A stretch of 48,161 nucleotides of DNA. Origin: an uncultured Bacilli bacterium. Its GTDB lineage: Bacteria > Bacillota_I > Bacilli_A > RF39 > UBA660. This document shows, one piece after another, positions 1 through 9,181 of the stretch (positions within the stretch are counted from its first letter, which is position 1; every line of letters begins with the position of its first letter). The translations under genes were made by a program, and so were the position numbers. Location: contig CALVTC010000003.1 in the NCBI GenBank assembly GCA_944359885.1, positions 1 to 48,161 on the forward strand, written 5' to 3'. The notes under the pieces are model-generated. The model saw only the letters and a program-made list of their open reading frames with translations. It was not told the origin of the DNA and made no database searches.

Positions 1-1
1 A

Positions 2-76
2 GATAGTACTGCGAAGAGTTTTATAGAGGCAAGACTTAGTGATGTTAATAAACCAGGAACAGTCACAATTGCATAA
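2..76 (+). CDS. 3' end of a gene truncated by the window edge
   Basis: Open frame DSTAKSFIEARLSDVNKPGTVTIA* ending at TAA 74-76; too short to assign. Confidence 0.5.
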   Translation, partial: DSTAKSFIEARLSDVNKPGTVTIA

Positions 77-172
77 ACATAAAATGTGCAATGGGATGGA
101 CTTGAGTCGTGTTCTTTAAATCTTTGGGATAGATATAAAAATATGATAGAAAACACTTTTAAAAGTGATATG

Positions 173-207
173 AACCTTGTTTCTTGAATATAGAAATGAG
201 GTTTTTT
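173..207 (+). terminator. Probable intrinsic terminator
   Basis: aaccttgtttct/agaaatgaggtt stem (G-U pairs) followed by a T run. Confidence 0.5.
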
Positions 208-208
208 G

Positions 209-413
209 ATATATAAGGAAAGTGCGTTTAAAAGCATCTAAAACAAAAATGATACTAATATAATTTAGTATCACGACAAAAAGAATAAAGCACCAACTTT
301 AAATTTTAAGTTGTTCCGTAGTAGAATCACAGTAAGGACATTCCATTTTAGAAGTATCTTTCTTTTTAATAAATTTTAAAAATCTGTTCATTAACAATAA
401 ATTTGGGAACAGG
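209..413. repeat. Dispersed direct repeat, copy 1
   Basis: Near-identical to 38886-39095 (atatataaggaaagtgcgttta...tatcacgacaaaaagaataaagca...ctgttcattaacaataaatt); contains hairpin tgatactaa/ttagtatca. Confidence 0.9.
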
Positions 414-460
414 ATCTAACTTGCCACACTTTTTACATTTAAAAAAGTATATTTTTTCAT
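299..460 (-). pseudogene. Frameshifted small Zn-ribbon protein gene
   Basis: Minus strand reads MKK / YFFKCKKCGKLDPVPKFIVNEQI / KFIKKKDTSKMECPYCDSTTEQLKI* across two frameshifts; two CxxC motifs. Confidence 0.6.
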
Positions 461-699
461 TTAAGTTTCTTACTTTTATATGTCATATAAAATCATATGA
501 AATGGCATCAGAAGATGATTTGTGGGTATAAAGAGTTCTGCTTTTGTTTAACTATTATCAATTATTTTTTAGAATTTTGTTTATAATACTGTTGTGAATT
601 GAATAGAGTCTTTATTATTAGTTTTGTTTATTTAGAATTGTTTAATTTGTATATTATTATAATGGGGAGGATTTCTTCCTCTTTTTTTTACAAAAATTG

Positions 700-728
700 T
701 TTCAAAATATTTAAAAATAGGTTATACT
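700..728 (+). promoter_or_regulatory. Candidate sigmaA promoter of the pilus/T4SS locus
   Basis: TTTCAA-17-TATACT, just downstream of a terminator-like hairpin plus T run at ~664-689. Confidence 0.45.
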
Positions 729-757
729 GATAGAGAATAAGAATAGAGGGTTGTCAT

Positions 758-2314
758 ATGATTATTAGGAAACCGTATGCTTTTTTGATTAAACATTTTA
801 GAAGAATTCATGTCTTTTTATTAGTTTTGTGTGGGTTTATTTATTATAAATGTATGCAAACACGTTCTTTTGTTACGGAGTTTTTAGATTTACAATCTTA
901 TGATCCTTATTATGAACCAATTACTAAGTATGCTAGTATACTAGCGCTTATTGTATTAATAGGTATTGTTGTTTTATCTTTTGTTTTGGTTGTTTTATTA
1001 AGACATAAGAAAAAACCTTGGAAATTATATATCATTCCTGTTGTTACTTATACCTTCTTATTCTTTGTCTTTGTTTTGGCGATTTCTATTTTTGCTTCTT
1101 ATGATGATAATTCTGGGACAACAGGAGTCCGGGCTATCAGTGACTTATTATTTATGGGAACGATTCCTCAATATGTTGTAATTATTATTTTGGTTATGCG
1201 TATTTTGGGAGTTGACCTTAACAAATTTGATTTTAAATCTGATCAGGAATATTTGGAATTAAGTAATGAAGATAGAGAAGAAGTTGAAATTAGTGTTAAT
1301 ATCGATAAAGAGAGTTTTCGAAGAACTTTTAAAAGATTAAAGAGGAATCTGAGTTATGTCTATCAAGAACACCGTCTTATTGTTAATTGTATTGCGGTTG
1401 TTTTAGTGGTAGTTTCTGTTGTTTCTATTTATCGATATGTATTTATTGTTCATCGTTCTTATCGACAGGGAGATGAAATTTCTAGCAGTGGATATACGAT
1501 TCAAATTAATCATAGTTATTATACAGATAAAGATTATCGTGGTGAAGTTATTTCCGAGAAGAATAATTTTGTTGTATTAGATGTTACACTTACAAATCAT
1601 GTACAAGAAAGAGAAGTTAATTTGAACCGGTTTCATGTTATGAATAAAACTGATAATTATTCACAGACTTATCGTACTTATGCTACTTCTTTTCAGGATT
1701 TAGGTACTACTTATGAAAAAATTACTTTAAGTAGAGATGCTTCTAGAAGATTTCTTTTGATTTATAGAGTAGATAAAGATTTAGATCCTAATCGTTTTGT
1801 TCTTTATTATCAGGAGTTAGATAATAATCAACCATATTTAAGAAAGATTAAATTGAATATAGAAGATTTAAGAGAAATTAAGAGTCAAGAAACTAAAACA
1901 ATTGGTGATGAAGAAGTGATTGCAGTTGGAGAAGATGAAGTGTCTTTTTCCTTAGAAGATTATAGTATTGTATCCTCTACTACTTATAATACTAGAACTT
2001 GTCCAAGTAGAAATAATTGCTATGTTGCTTCTAATAATTTGTCTAGTAAACAGGATAAATTGATTCTACAAATATTCTTTTCTTCTAATACATTTACTGG
2101 CGAAGATTTCGTTGACTTTTCTATGGAATATGGTAAAATTGATTATATAGATAATAATGGTGAGAGTCATGAGGTTGCTATTATTGATTCGGTTAATAGA
2201 AGTTATAATGGAAATTATATGTATTTAGATGTACCTCGTGATTTACAAGATGCCAGTGAGATTCGGTTGGTATATACGGTTAGAAATAAAGAGTATATTT
2301 ATAGGTTGAAATAA
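758..2314 (+). CDS. Polytopic membrane protein with large C-terminal extracytoplasmic region; first gene of the locus
   Basis: About 5 hydrophobic helices in the first 230 aa, then beta-rich domains (VVLDVTLTN, DUF4352-like by resemblance). Confidence 0.75.
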   Translation: MIIRKPYAFLIKHFRRIHVFLLVLCGFIYYKCMQTRSFVTEFLDLQSYDPYYEPITKYASILALIVLIGIVVLSFVLVVLLRHKKKPWKLYIIPVVTYTFLFFVFVLAISIFASYDDNSGTTGVRAISDLLFMGTIPQYVVIIILVMRILGVDLNKFDFKSDQEYLELSNEDREEVEISVNIDKESFRRTFKRLKRNLSYVYQEHRLIVNCIAVVLVVVSVVSIYRYVFIVHRSYRQGDEISSSGYTIQINHSYYTDKDYRGEVISEKNNFVVLDVTLTNHVQEREVNLNRFHVMNKTDNYSQTYRTYATSFQDLGTTYEKITLSRDASRRFLLIYRVDKDLDPNRFVLYYQELDNNQPYLRKIKLNIEDLREIKSQETKTIGDEEVIAVGEDEVSFSLEDYSIVSSTTYNTRTCPSRNNCYVASNNLSSKQDKLILQIFFSSNTFTGEDFVDFSMEYGKIDYIDNNGESHEVAIIDSVNRSYNGNYMYLDVPRDLQDASEIRLVYTVRNKEYIYRLK

Positions 2315-2325
2315 GGAGAATAATT

Positions 2326-4134
2326 ATGGATAGGAAGAAATTAATTAAGTATCTAAAGATTGCTGGTGTTGTTATTGTTGTTGCCTTATTCTTATGGTTT
2401 TTAGTAATTCATCCATTACTTACGTTTAGGGGATATGAAAAAGATATAGAGAATGCAGCAAAAAGATATTTTGAATTAAATGAAAGTGAATTACCAACTG
2501 GTGCTCGTGTTAAAACACTTAGTGTTCAAGAATTGTTTGATCAAGCATATTTAAAAGATGATTTTTATGTTCCTCTTTCTAAGAGGCCTTGTTCTATTAC
2601 AGAAAGCTGGGTAAAAGTTAGAAGAGAAGATGGGGAATATAAATATTATACTTATTTGAAGTGTGGAGTTATATCCTCTTTGGTGGATCATAAAGGACCT
2701 GAAATTACATTGAATGGTGATGAAGAAATTACGATTGATAGAGGGTCTGAATATGAAGAGTTGGGTGTTAAAAGTGTTATTGATAACTCTGATGGAAAGA
2801 TGAGTGTTGATGATGTTACGATTGATTCTAGTGATGTAGATACTTCTACAGCTGGTACTTATGAAGTTGTTTATTCAGCAACAGATAGTCTTAATAATAA
2901 AACAGAAGTTGTTCGAAAGGTAAGAGTCGTATCTAGACTTGAGAATGTTGTAAAAGAAGAAGCAGGAGATGCTGGAGTATATACTGGGCTTAATCCAAAT
3001 AATTATATTTATTTTTCCGGAATGGTATTTCGAATTGTAGGTCTTGATGGTGATAATGTTAAAATTGTTGCGGAACAAGATGTTAGTAATGTTAATTATG
3101 ATGCTATTGATGAATGGTTAGAGTATTATTATGAACATATTTCTAGTAAGTCTAGAGAATATATTGTAAAGAGTAAATATTGTGATATGAAGACTACAGA
3201 TGAAAATATTTCTTCTATTCGTGAGTGTGATTCTTATACAAAAAGTATAAATGTATCTATTCTTTCTGCTAGTGATATTAATCAGGCAACTGATGCTAAT
3301 GGTGATAATTATTTATATCCTAATAGTATTTCCTGGGTACGTAATGAGGCAGATGATAAGAATAGTTATGCTACTAGAAATTATTTCTTTGGTACGGTTA
3401 ATAAATTTATGAGTTTTGATAAAAATTATAATCTTGGTATTCGTCCTGTAATTACAATTAAGGGAGATACTTTGGTTGTATCTGGTGATGGTAGTCAGTC
3501 TAATCCTTATTCTATTGGAGATTTTACTAGAGGTAGGGCAGATGATAAAGTTAATACGAGACAGAGTGGTGAGTATATTTCATATTCTGGAATGTTATGG
3601 AGAATTATTGATCCAGAAGAAGATGGTACTACAAAAGTGATTGCTGATACTACAATTTATAGTAATAATAATAGTCCTATTACTACTTATTACGAGACGG
3701 ATGATGAGGCCAAAATATATAATCCTAAACAGAATGGTAATGTTGGATACTTTATTAATAATCGAATTCCTGAGTATCTTGATATGTCTTATTTTGTTAG
3801 TCATGAAATTGAAGTTCCTATCTATAAGAGAGCAATTAAATATGGAGAAGAATCTAGTACAGAAAAATATGAAGTTCGACTTTCTGCTCCTAACATATAT
3901 GAGATGTTTACTGCAACAGATTTTAATTCTAAAATGATGAAATCTTATTGGTTTATCAATTCTTCTCAACGAGAAAATACAAAAGCAGTTATGGCGGAAA
4001 TTGGTACGATTTTATATGGTGATCTTTATGACTATGAAGCGTATGGAATTCGTCCTGTTGCTTATTTAGATGAGGATTGTGTTATTGTTCGTGGTAGTGG
4101 TACATTTAATGATCCATATATCATTTCAAAGTAA
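2326..4134 (+). CDS. Membrane-anchored surface protein: pilin-like head, DUF5011-type Ig domain, two repeated C-terminal domains
   Basis: N-terminal TM; ENAAKRYF...ELFDQAYL pilin-like segment; PEITLNGDEEITI...AGTYEVVYSATD Ig motif; repeated (F/W)RI..GIRPV..GxG...PY units. Confidence 0.7.
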   Translation: MDRKKLIKYLKIAGVVIVVALFLWFLVIHPLLTFRGYEKDIENAAKRYFELNESELPTGARVKTLSVQELFDQAYLKDDFYVPLSKRPCSITESWVKVRREDGEYKYYTYLKCGVISSLVDHKGPEITLNGDEEITIDRGSEYEELGVKSVIDNSDGKMSVDDVTIDSSDVDTSTAGTYEVVYSATDSLNNKTEVVRKVRVVSRLENVVKEEAGDAGVYTGLNPNNYIYFSGMVFRIVGLDGDNVKIVAEQDVSNVNYDAIDEWLEYYYEHISSKSREYIVKSKYCDMKTTDENISSIRECDSYTKSINVSILSASDINQATDANGDNYLYPNSISWVRNEADDKNSYATRNYFFGTVNKFMSFDKNYNLGIRPVITIKGDTLVVSGDGSQSNPYSIGDFTRGRADDKVNTRQSGEYISYSGMLWRIIDPEEDGTTKVIADTTIYSNNNSPITTYYETDDEAKIYNPKQNGNVGYFINNRIPEYLDMSYFVSHEIEVPIYKRAIKYGEESSTEKYEVRLSAPNIYEMFTATDFNSKMMKSYWFINSSQRENTKAVMAEIGTILYGDLYDYEAYGIRPVAYLDEDCVIVRGSGTFNDPYIISK

Positions 4135-4138
4135 GTAG

Positions 4139-4954
4139 GTGATAGAAGTGAGGAAAAGAAGTATTCTGTTGATAGAGAAAAAAAAGAAAGTATTCCTGTT
4201 TATTGGGATTCTATCTTTTTTGTGTTTACTGGGTGCGGTTTTATCTTTGTTGTTTTATGATTATTATCCAGTAGAGGCAAGAAGTGAGCAAATTCAGCAG
4301 GCAGCTAAAAATGATCCTGAAGAGTATGAAACCATTGGTTGGGTAAGAGTGCAAGGTACTAATATTGATTATCCTGTTATCTATGCACCTGGATATGATT
4401 TTTCTGGATTAACGTCAAACTTTGCTTGGAATGAAGTGAAGTCTGATACTTTATTAAATAAAGTTAATATTACTGGTCATAACATTATGAATTTATCTGC
4501 AAATCCAGCTGTTGGTGATCCGAGTGCTGTTCGATTTGAACAATTGATGAGTTTTGTTTATTTGGATTTTGTTCAGGATAACAAATATATTCAATATAGC
4601 GTTAATGGTGAGGATTATGTTTATAAAATATATGCTGTATCTTTTTCTGATTATGGTGATACAAATGTTTTTGTTAGAGAGAATCTTAGTAAAGAGGAGA
4701 TGCGTCAATATATAACGCAATCCCTTGAAGATAGTATCTTTAAGTTTGATATAGATGTAGATGAAAATGATAAGTTAATTTCCTTGATTACTTGTACAAG
4801 AATGTTTGGAGTACATTCAAGTAAAGAGTTTCGAGTAGATGCTAGATTGGTTCGAGATGGTGAGATAAAGACTAATTATGATGTTGAAAAAACAGATAAG
4901 TATGAGGAAATTGATAAGCTTATGAAAGGTGGAGAAGTCAATGATAAAGCGTAG
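4139..4954 (+). CDS. Class B-like sortase (alternative start GTG 4148)
   Basis: N-terminal TM, IGWVRVQGTNIDYPV, catalytic His (ITGHN), LITC with catalytic Cys, downstream Arg. Confidence 0.85.
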   Translation: MIEVRKRSILLIEKKKKVFLFIGILSFLCLLGAVLSLLFYDYYPVEARSEQIQQAAKNDPEEYETIGWVRVQGTNIDYPVIYAPGYDFSGLTSNFAWNEVKSDTLLNKVNITGHNIMNLSANPAVGDPSAVRFEQLMSFVYLDFVQDNKYIQYSVNGEDYVYKIYAVSFSDYGDTNVFVRENLSKEEMRQYITQSLEDSIFKFDIDVDENDKLISLITCTRMFGVHSSKEFRVDARLVRDGEIKTNYDVEKTDKYEEIDKLMKGGEVNDKA

Positions 4955-7829
4955 AAGAATAATGGTAGGGGTTTTATTAGTAGCTTTTGTATTTGTTGCT
5001 TTTGTTGGAATTAGAAGTTTTTCTAACTCTTCTAAAGTAACGGATGTCTCTAGAAAAGATACGATTGCGCCTACAACTACTGGAGAAGCTTGTTCTAACG
5101 CGGATGAGATGGCGTCTTATTATGGTCAGGGTGCTAGCTATAATTCTTCTGGTACGCAGGCAACTGTAACGGTTAATAATGGTGTGTTTCGTGCTACTAG
5201 TGTGTCTGCGGTAGATGCTAATGGTGCTGCAATACCATATCAAAATTTAATTTCAGCTGATCCGACTACATTAGGGAATTTATCTTCTAGTAGTCCTATG
5301 AATATTCCTATTGCTAGTGGAGCAAATGGAGAAGTAACTATTCATTTTGTTGTTGCAGAATCTGATGAGAAGTGTCTTTCTTATGATGCTGCTTCTACAA
5401 ATACGTCAGGCCAGAAAGTTGGAACTTATGAGTTTGATATTCGATTACAACTTAAGCCAATTAAGGCAGAACGTGATGAGGTTGTAAATTCTAATTATAA
5501 TGGTATTTGTGCAGTATTTAGAACTGGTAATGGTTATAATGATTATAAAAATGTTTTTGATAGAGCTGGTGTTAGTCAAAGTGATATCAATAATTATAAT
5601 TATAATGCGGTAAATGATAGTCAACGTTCAACTTATAATAGTATTATGTCTTATTGCCTTACTAGTGGTACAGTATCTTTTAATTATACAGAATCTCAGA
5701 CTGCATCTTTGATTGGTTCTGCAATTCGAATTATTAAAAATCAAAATACTGCTGGTGGTGGACAATCTACTGTTTCAGAAGATTTTATGACTGCTTTTAA
5801 TGATGCTAAGAGTAAAGCTTTGGCACTTGGTCATGATTATTCTAGTTTAGTTAGTAATGGAAGTATTGATGATACTAGATTTGGTTTAACTTGTGCCTGG
5901 GATAAAAAACAGGATGAAAATGATCCTAATAGTGATTATTATGTAAATAAAGACTATTATTATGCTCAAGAACAAGATTCTGAAGGGGTTGTTTATAATT
6001 ATCATTATACTGGAACAGATGCCAATAATTCAGGAGAGTCTCAAAGTGTTAATGGTGGTTCTTGTAATAGAATTTGTGAGGAAGCAGTTGTTGTAGAGTA
6101 TGGTCCTCCGGTTGCTTCTAAAGCTGGACTTTGTTTTGAATATAAGGTTCGTGTTACTAGTAGAGTTATTTGTAATTCATCTTTAAACATAACTCCTCCA
6201 ACGCAACCTTCTGTATGTACTCCTACACCAGTTTGTAATAGTGTTCCTGGATATACTCATCAAGGTGGACCTAGTGAAGATTTTGATGCTTGTATTCAAG
6301 AGTGTGATGGTGGAGAGTATAGTGCAAGTTGTAGTTCAAAATGTTATGAAGAGGTTTATGAGAGCGAAGAGAGTATTGATCCATTAGCAATTCGTTATGG
6401 TGATATTCCTGCTACTCAATTAAGTTCTTTCCCTGGCTATGCTGGAAGATATGAATGGCAAGGAGATAGTATTGTCTGGGTAGGTGATGGTACTACTTAT
6501 GCTCGTTGGTATCAAGAAAATGAACCTGATAAAACTTATAATGATCATGGTGATGGGCTTCATAAATATAGTCCTGATACGAATGGATTTAAACGTGAAA
6601 GATATAGTTATGGTTTATGTCGTGATAATTGTTACTGGACAGGATGTTCTAAAGATGATTATTTGAATGATGAAGATGCTGCTAAAGATATGATTACTAA
6701 TTTGAATCTTTATAATCAAGCTGTTGCTAGTTGTCAAGCATCTGCATCTTGTACGACTAAGACGGCAGAGTTTACTATTGGTGTTGATTATACTGATAAT
6801 GATGGTAAATCTCATACTGTTGATTTCCCAATAGATACTGGTACTGCTACATTACCAAGTCATGGTAGTGGTGAGACTGCATCTCCATCTGGTACAGATA
6901 TCTTTATTCCGGATACAAATGAACTTGGTTATGCTGGATGTTATGAAACTGGAGATGCACAAAATTGGTATCAAGCTGAATGGAGTTTCCCTGGTACATG
7001 GATTAATAATAAAACTGGTGAAATATCATTTACTAGACCAAGTAATCCAAATGCATGGCATTTCACAGAAGATAAATTCTGTATCCCATTAGATGCTCAA
7101 AGTGTTAATACTGAGTGGTGGGAATGGAGTGAAATTAATAGTAGTTGTTATAATAATATTGAAGGTAGTATCGATTATAATATTCATGCTTCTACAACAG
7201 ATTTTGGATATTTTGGATGGAATTTTGATATTGAATGTTTCTATGGATTGAAAAATGAAGTTTGTGTTCCTGATGGAAATGGTTGTTGTTTAGATGATCC
7301 TAATCCAAATGATCCTGATACTACATGTGATGAGGGAGATTGTCCTGGTGAAGGAACAGTTGCTACTAGAGATTATGCCTTTAGAATAGTTGATTTGAAT
7401 GATTTGTTCCCTGAGGGTAATACTACTACAAGTAATAATGATAGTTCTTTAAGTATTGCTGGTCGTCAGCCTGGTTATAACTGGACGTTGGGAATTTCTG
7501 ACGGGGACTCTTCTAGTGTTAATGTATTAACTTCTTTACTTGCTAAGAATCCTAATTATGAAATTAATCCACTTGCTTTGATTAATGATATTCAAGAACG
7601 TGGTAACTCTATTTATAGTGGAAACGATTATCTTGATTATCAGATTACATTGGATACGGAAGCTCTAGCTTATATTAGAGATTTTAATAGAAATAATTCT
7701 TACACTGATTATGGTGGTTCGTCTAGTGTTTATAATGGTGTTACTTCTTATCGAAGTGATTTACTAAATGAACTTGCTAATATGGGTGCTGTTAATGAAC
7801 GTGGTAACCCTGGTGTTAATAACGAGTAA
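4941..7829 (+). CDS. Large Cys-rich exported or N-anchored protein, adhesin candidate
   Basis: Basic N-terminus plus hydrophobic helix; about 29 Cys; Ser/Thr/Asn/Gly/Asp-rich; no C-terminal sorting signal. Confidence 0.75.
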   Translation: MIKRRRIMVGVLLVAFVFVAFVGIRSFSNSSKVTDVSRKDTIAPTTTGEACSNADEMASYYGQGASYNSSGTQATVTVNNGVFRATSVSAVDANGAAIPYQNLISADPTTLGNLSSSSPMNIPIASGANGEVTIHFVVAESDEKCLSYDAASTNTSGQKVGTYEFDIRLQLKPIKAERDEVVNSNYNGICAVFRTGNGYNDYKNVFDRAGVSQSDINNYNYNAVNDSQRSTYNSIMSYCLTSGTVSFNYTESQTASLIGSAIRIIKNQNTAGGGQSTVSEDFMTAFNDAKSKALALGHDYSSLVSNGSIDDTRFGLTCAWDKKQDENDPNSDYYVNKDYYYAQEQDSEGVVYNYHYTGTDANNSGESQSVNGGSCNRICEEAVVVEYGPPVASKAGLCFEYKVRVTSRVICNSSLNITPPTQPSVCTPTPVCNSVPGYTHQGGPSEDFDACIQECDGGEYSASCSSKCYEEVYESEESIDPLAIRYGDIPATQLSSFPGYAGRYEWQGDSIVWVGDGTTYARWYQENEPDKTYNDHGDGLHKYSPDTNGFKRERYSYGLCRDNCYWTGCSKDDYLNDEDAAKDMITNLNLYNQAVASCQASASCTTKTAEFTIGVDYTDNDGKSHTVDFPIDTGTATLPSHGSGETASPSGTDIFIPDTNELGYAGCYETGDAQNWYQAEWSFPGTWINNKTGEISFTRPSNPNAWHFTEDKFCIPLDAQSVNTEWWEWSEINSSCYNNIEGSIDYNIHASTTDFGYFGWNFDIECFYGLKNEVCVPDGNGCCLDDPNPNDPDTTCDEGDCPGEGTVATRDYAFRIVDLNDLFPEGNTTTSNNDSSLSIAGRQPGYNWTLGISDGDSSSVNVLTSLLAKNPNYEINPLALINDIQERGNSIYSGNDYLDYQITLDTEALAYIRDFNRNNSYTDYGGSSSVYNGVTSYRSDLLNELANMGAVNERGNPGVNNE

Positions 7830-7847
7830 AGGAGGAGTTAATCAGTT

Positions 7848-8312
7848 ATGAATAAAGCGATGTTGACTGTTGGTATTATCATATTAAGTTTAGCGACTTT
7901 ACTAATGATTAATATTATTTCCAATTATTCATCAGGTAGTGAGTTAGATTACTACCTGGTGAAGGAAACTAGTGAAGCTGCGATGATAGATGCTATTGAT
8001 GTAAAGTATTATCGTGATAATGGACTGCTTCGTATTGATAAAGAAAAGTTTGTAGAAAGTTTTATTCGTAGATTTGCAGATTCTGTAGATACTACTAGAA
8101 ATTATCGTGTTTCTTTTTACGATTTAAATGAAGTACCTCCTAAAGTAAGTGTAAAAGTAGATTCTTCTACTGTACTAAGTTTTAGGGGATCTGATTTAGA
8201 GATGTCCACTCAGTTAGATGCAATTTTAGAAAATACTTATGAAAATGATCAATATACTACAAATGAATTAAATGATCCAGATAGTGATCTTGGAAAACCA
8301 GTAGAAGAATAA
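7848..8312 (+). CDS. TadE/TadG-like pseudopilin (DUF5411-like)
   Basis: N-terminal hydrophobic helix then DYYLVKETSEAAMIDA; sits directly upstream of cpaB-tadA; RBS ggagg. Confidence 0.55.
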   Translation: MNKAMLTVGIIILSLATLLMINIISNYSSGSELDYYLVKETSEAAMIDAIDVKYYRDNGLLRIDKEKFVESFIRRFADSVDTTRNYRVSFYDLNEVPPKVSVKVDSSTVLSFRGSDLEMSTQLDAILENTYENDQYTTNELNDPDSDLGKPVEE

Positions 8313-8331
8313 AGAGGAAGGAGAGGATAAA

Positions 8332-9150
8332 ATGGGAAATATAGGTGTTGGAATTAAGAAGTTTTTATCCAATAAGAATACAGTAACTGTTGTTGGTGTT
8401 GTTGTTGCTATTTTGGTTTTATATATTGCTTATTCAATGCGTGTACAAGCAGCTGTAAATCCAATTAGTGTTCCTTATGCGAGACAACAGATTGATCCTG
8501 GTACACAAATTACAGAAGATATGGTAGGAACGATGGAGGTTCCTCCTTCTATGCTTGAGGGGGATGTCCTTACTAATCAAGCAGATATTATTGATAAATA
8601 TTCTAATGCGGATACTTTAATTCCAGAAGGAAGTTTATTTTATAGTAGACAGGTTGTAGAAAAAGAACAATTACCTGCTAATATTATTTTGAATTATCCA
8701 AAAGGATATGTTTTATATAATATGCCAGTTAATACAGAATCTACTTATGGTAATTCGATTTATCCTGGTAATTATATTGATATTTATTTAAGAATTACTA
8801 GAAAAGAAACTGAAGGACAGGCTGCTACTTCTAATGATGAACGTGAATTAATGCAGTATGGTAAGTTCCTTGAAAATGTTCAGGTTCTTGCTGTAAAGGA
8901 TGCATCTGGTCAGCCAGTTTTCTCTAATTTGGATGAACAGAGAACACCTGCGATGCTTGTCTTTGCGTTGCCAGAAGAGTATTACATTTTACTTAAGAAA
9001 GCAAGTTATTTGTCTTTATATGATTCTGAACTTGTTCCAGTTCCAACAAACGAAAGTTTACAAGACGAACCTGATGATTTACAAATGAGCAGTGAAAGTC
9101 TTCGTAGTTGGATTGAGACTGTTACTTATTGGGACGAAACTATGGGTTAA
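8332..9150 (+). CDS. cpaB: CpaB/RcpC-like Flp pilus assembly protein with SAF domain
   Basis: TM then VPYARQQIDPGTQITEDMV (SAF), IYPGNYIDIY, LENVQVLAV; precedes the ATPase. Confidence 0.8.
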   Translation: MGNIGVGIKKFLSNKNTVTVVGVVVAILVLYIAYSMRVQAAVNPISVPYARQQIDPGTQITEDMVGTMEVPPSMLEGDVLTNQADIIDKYSNADTLIPEGSLFYSRQVVEKEQLPANIILNYPKGYVLYNMPVNTESTYGNSIYPGNYIDIYLRITRKETEGQAATSNDERELMQYGKFLENVQVLAVKDASGQPVFSNLDEQRTPAMLVFALPEEYYILLKKASYLSLYDSELVPVPTNESLQDEPDDLQMSSESLRSWIETVTYWDETMG

Positions 9151-9181
9151 AATAATATAGAATAAAAAGGGAAGTGGACAC

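Noticed and set aside
2485-2505. LPTG in the 602 aa protein as a sortase motif
   Set aside because: Near the N-terminus, not LPxTG spacing and not followed by a TM and basic tail
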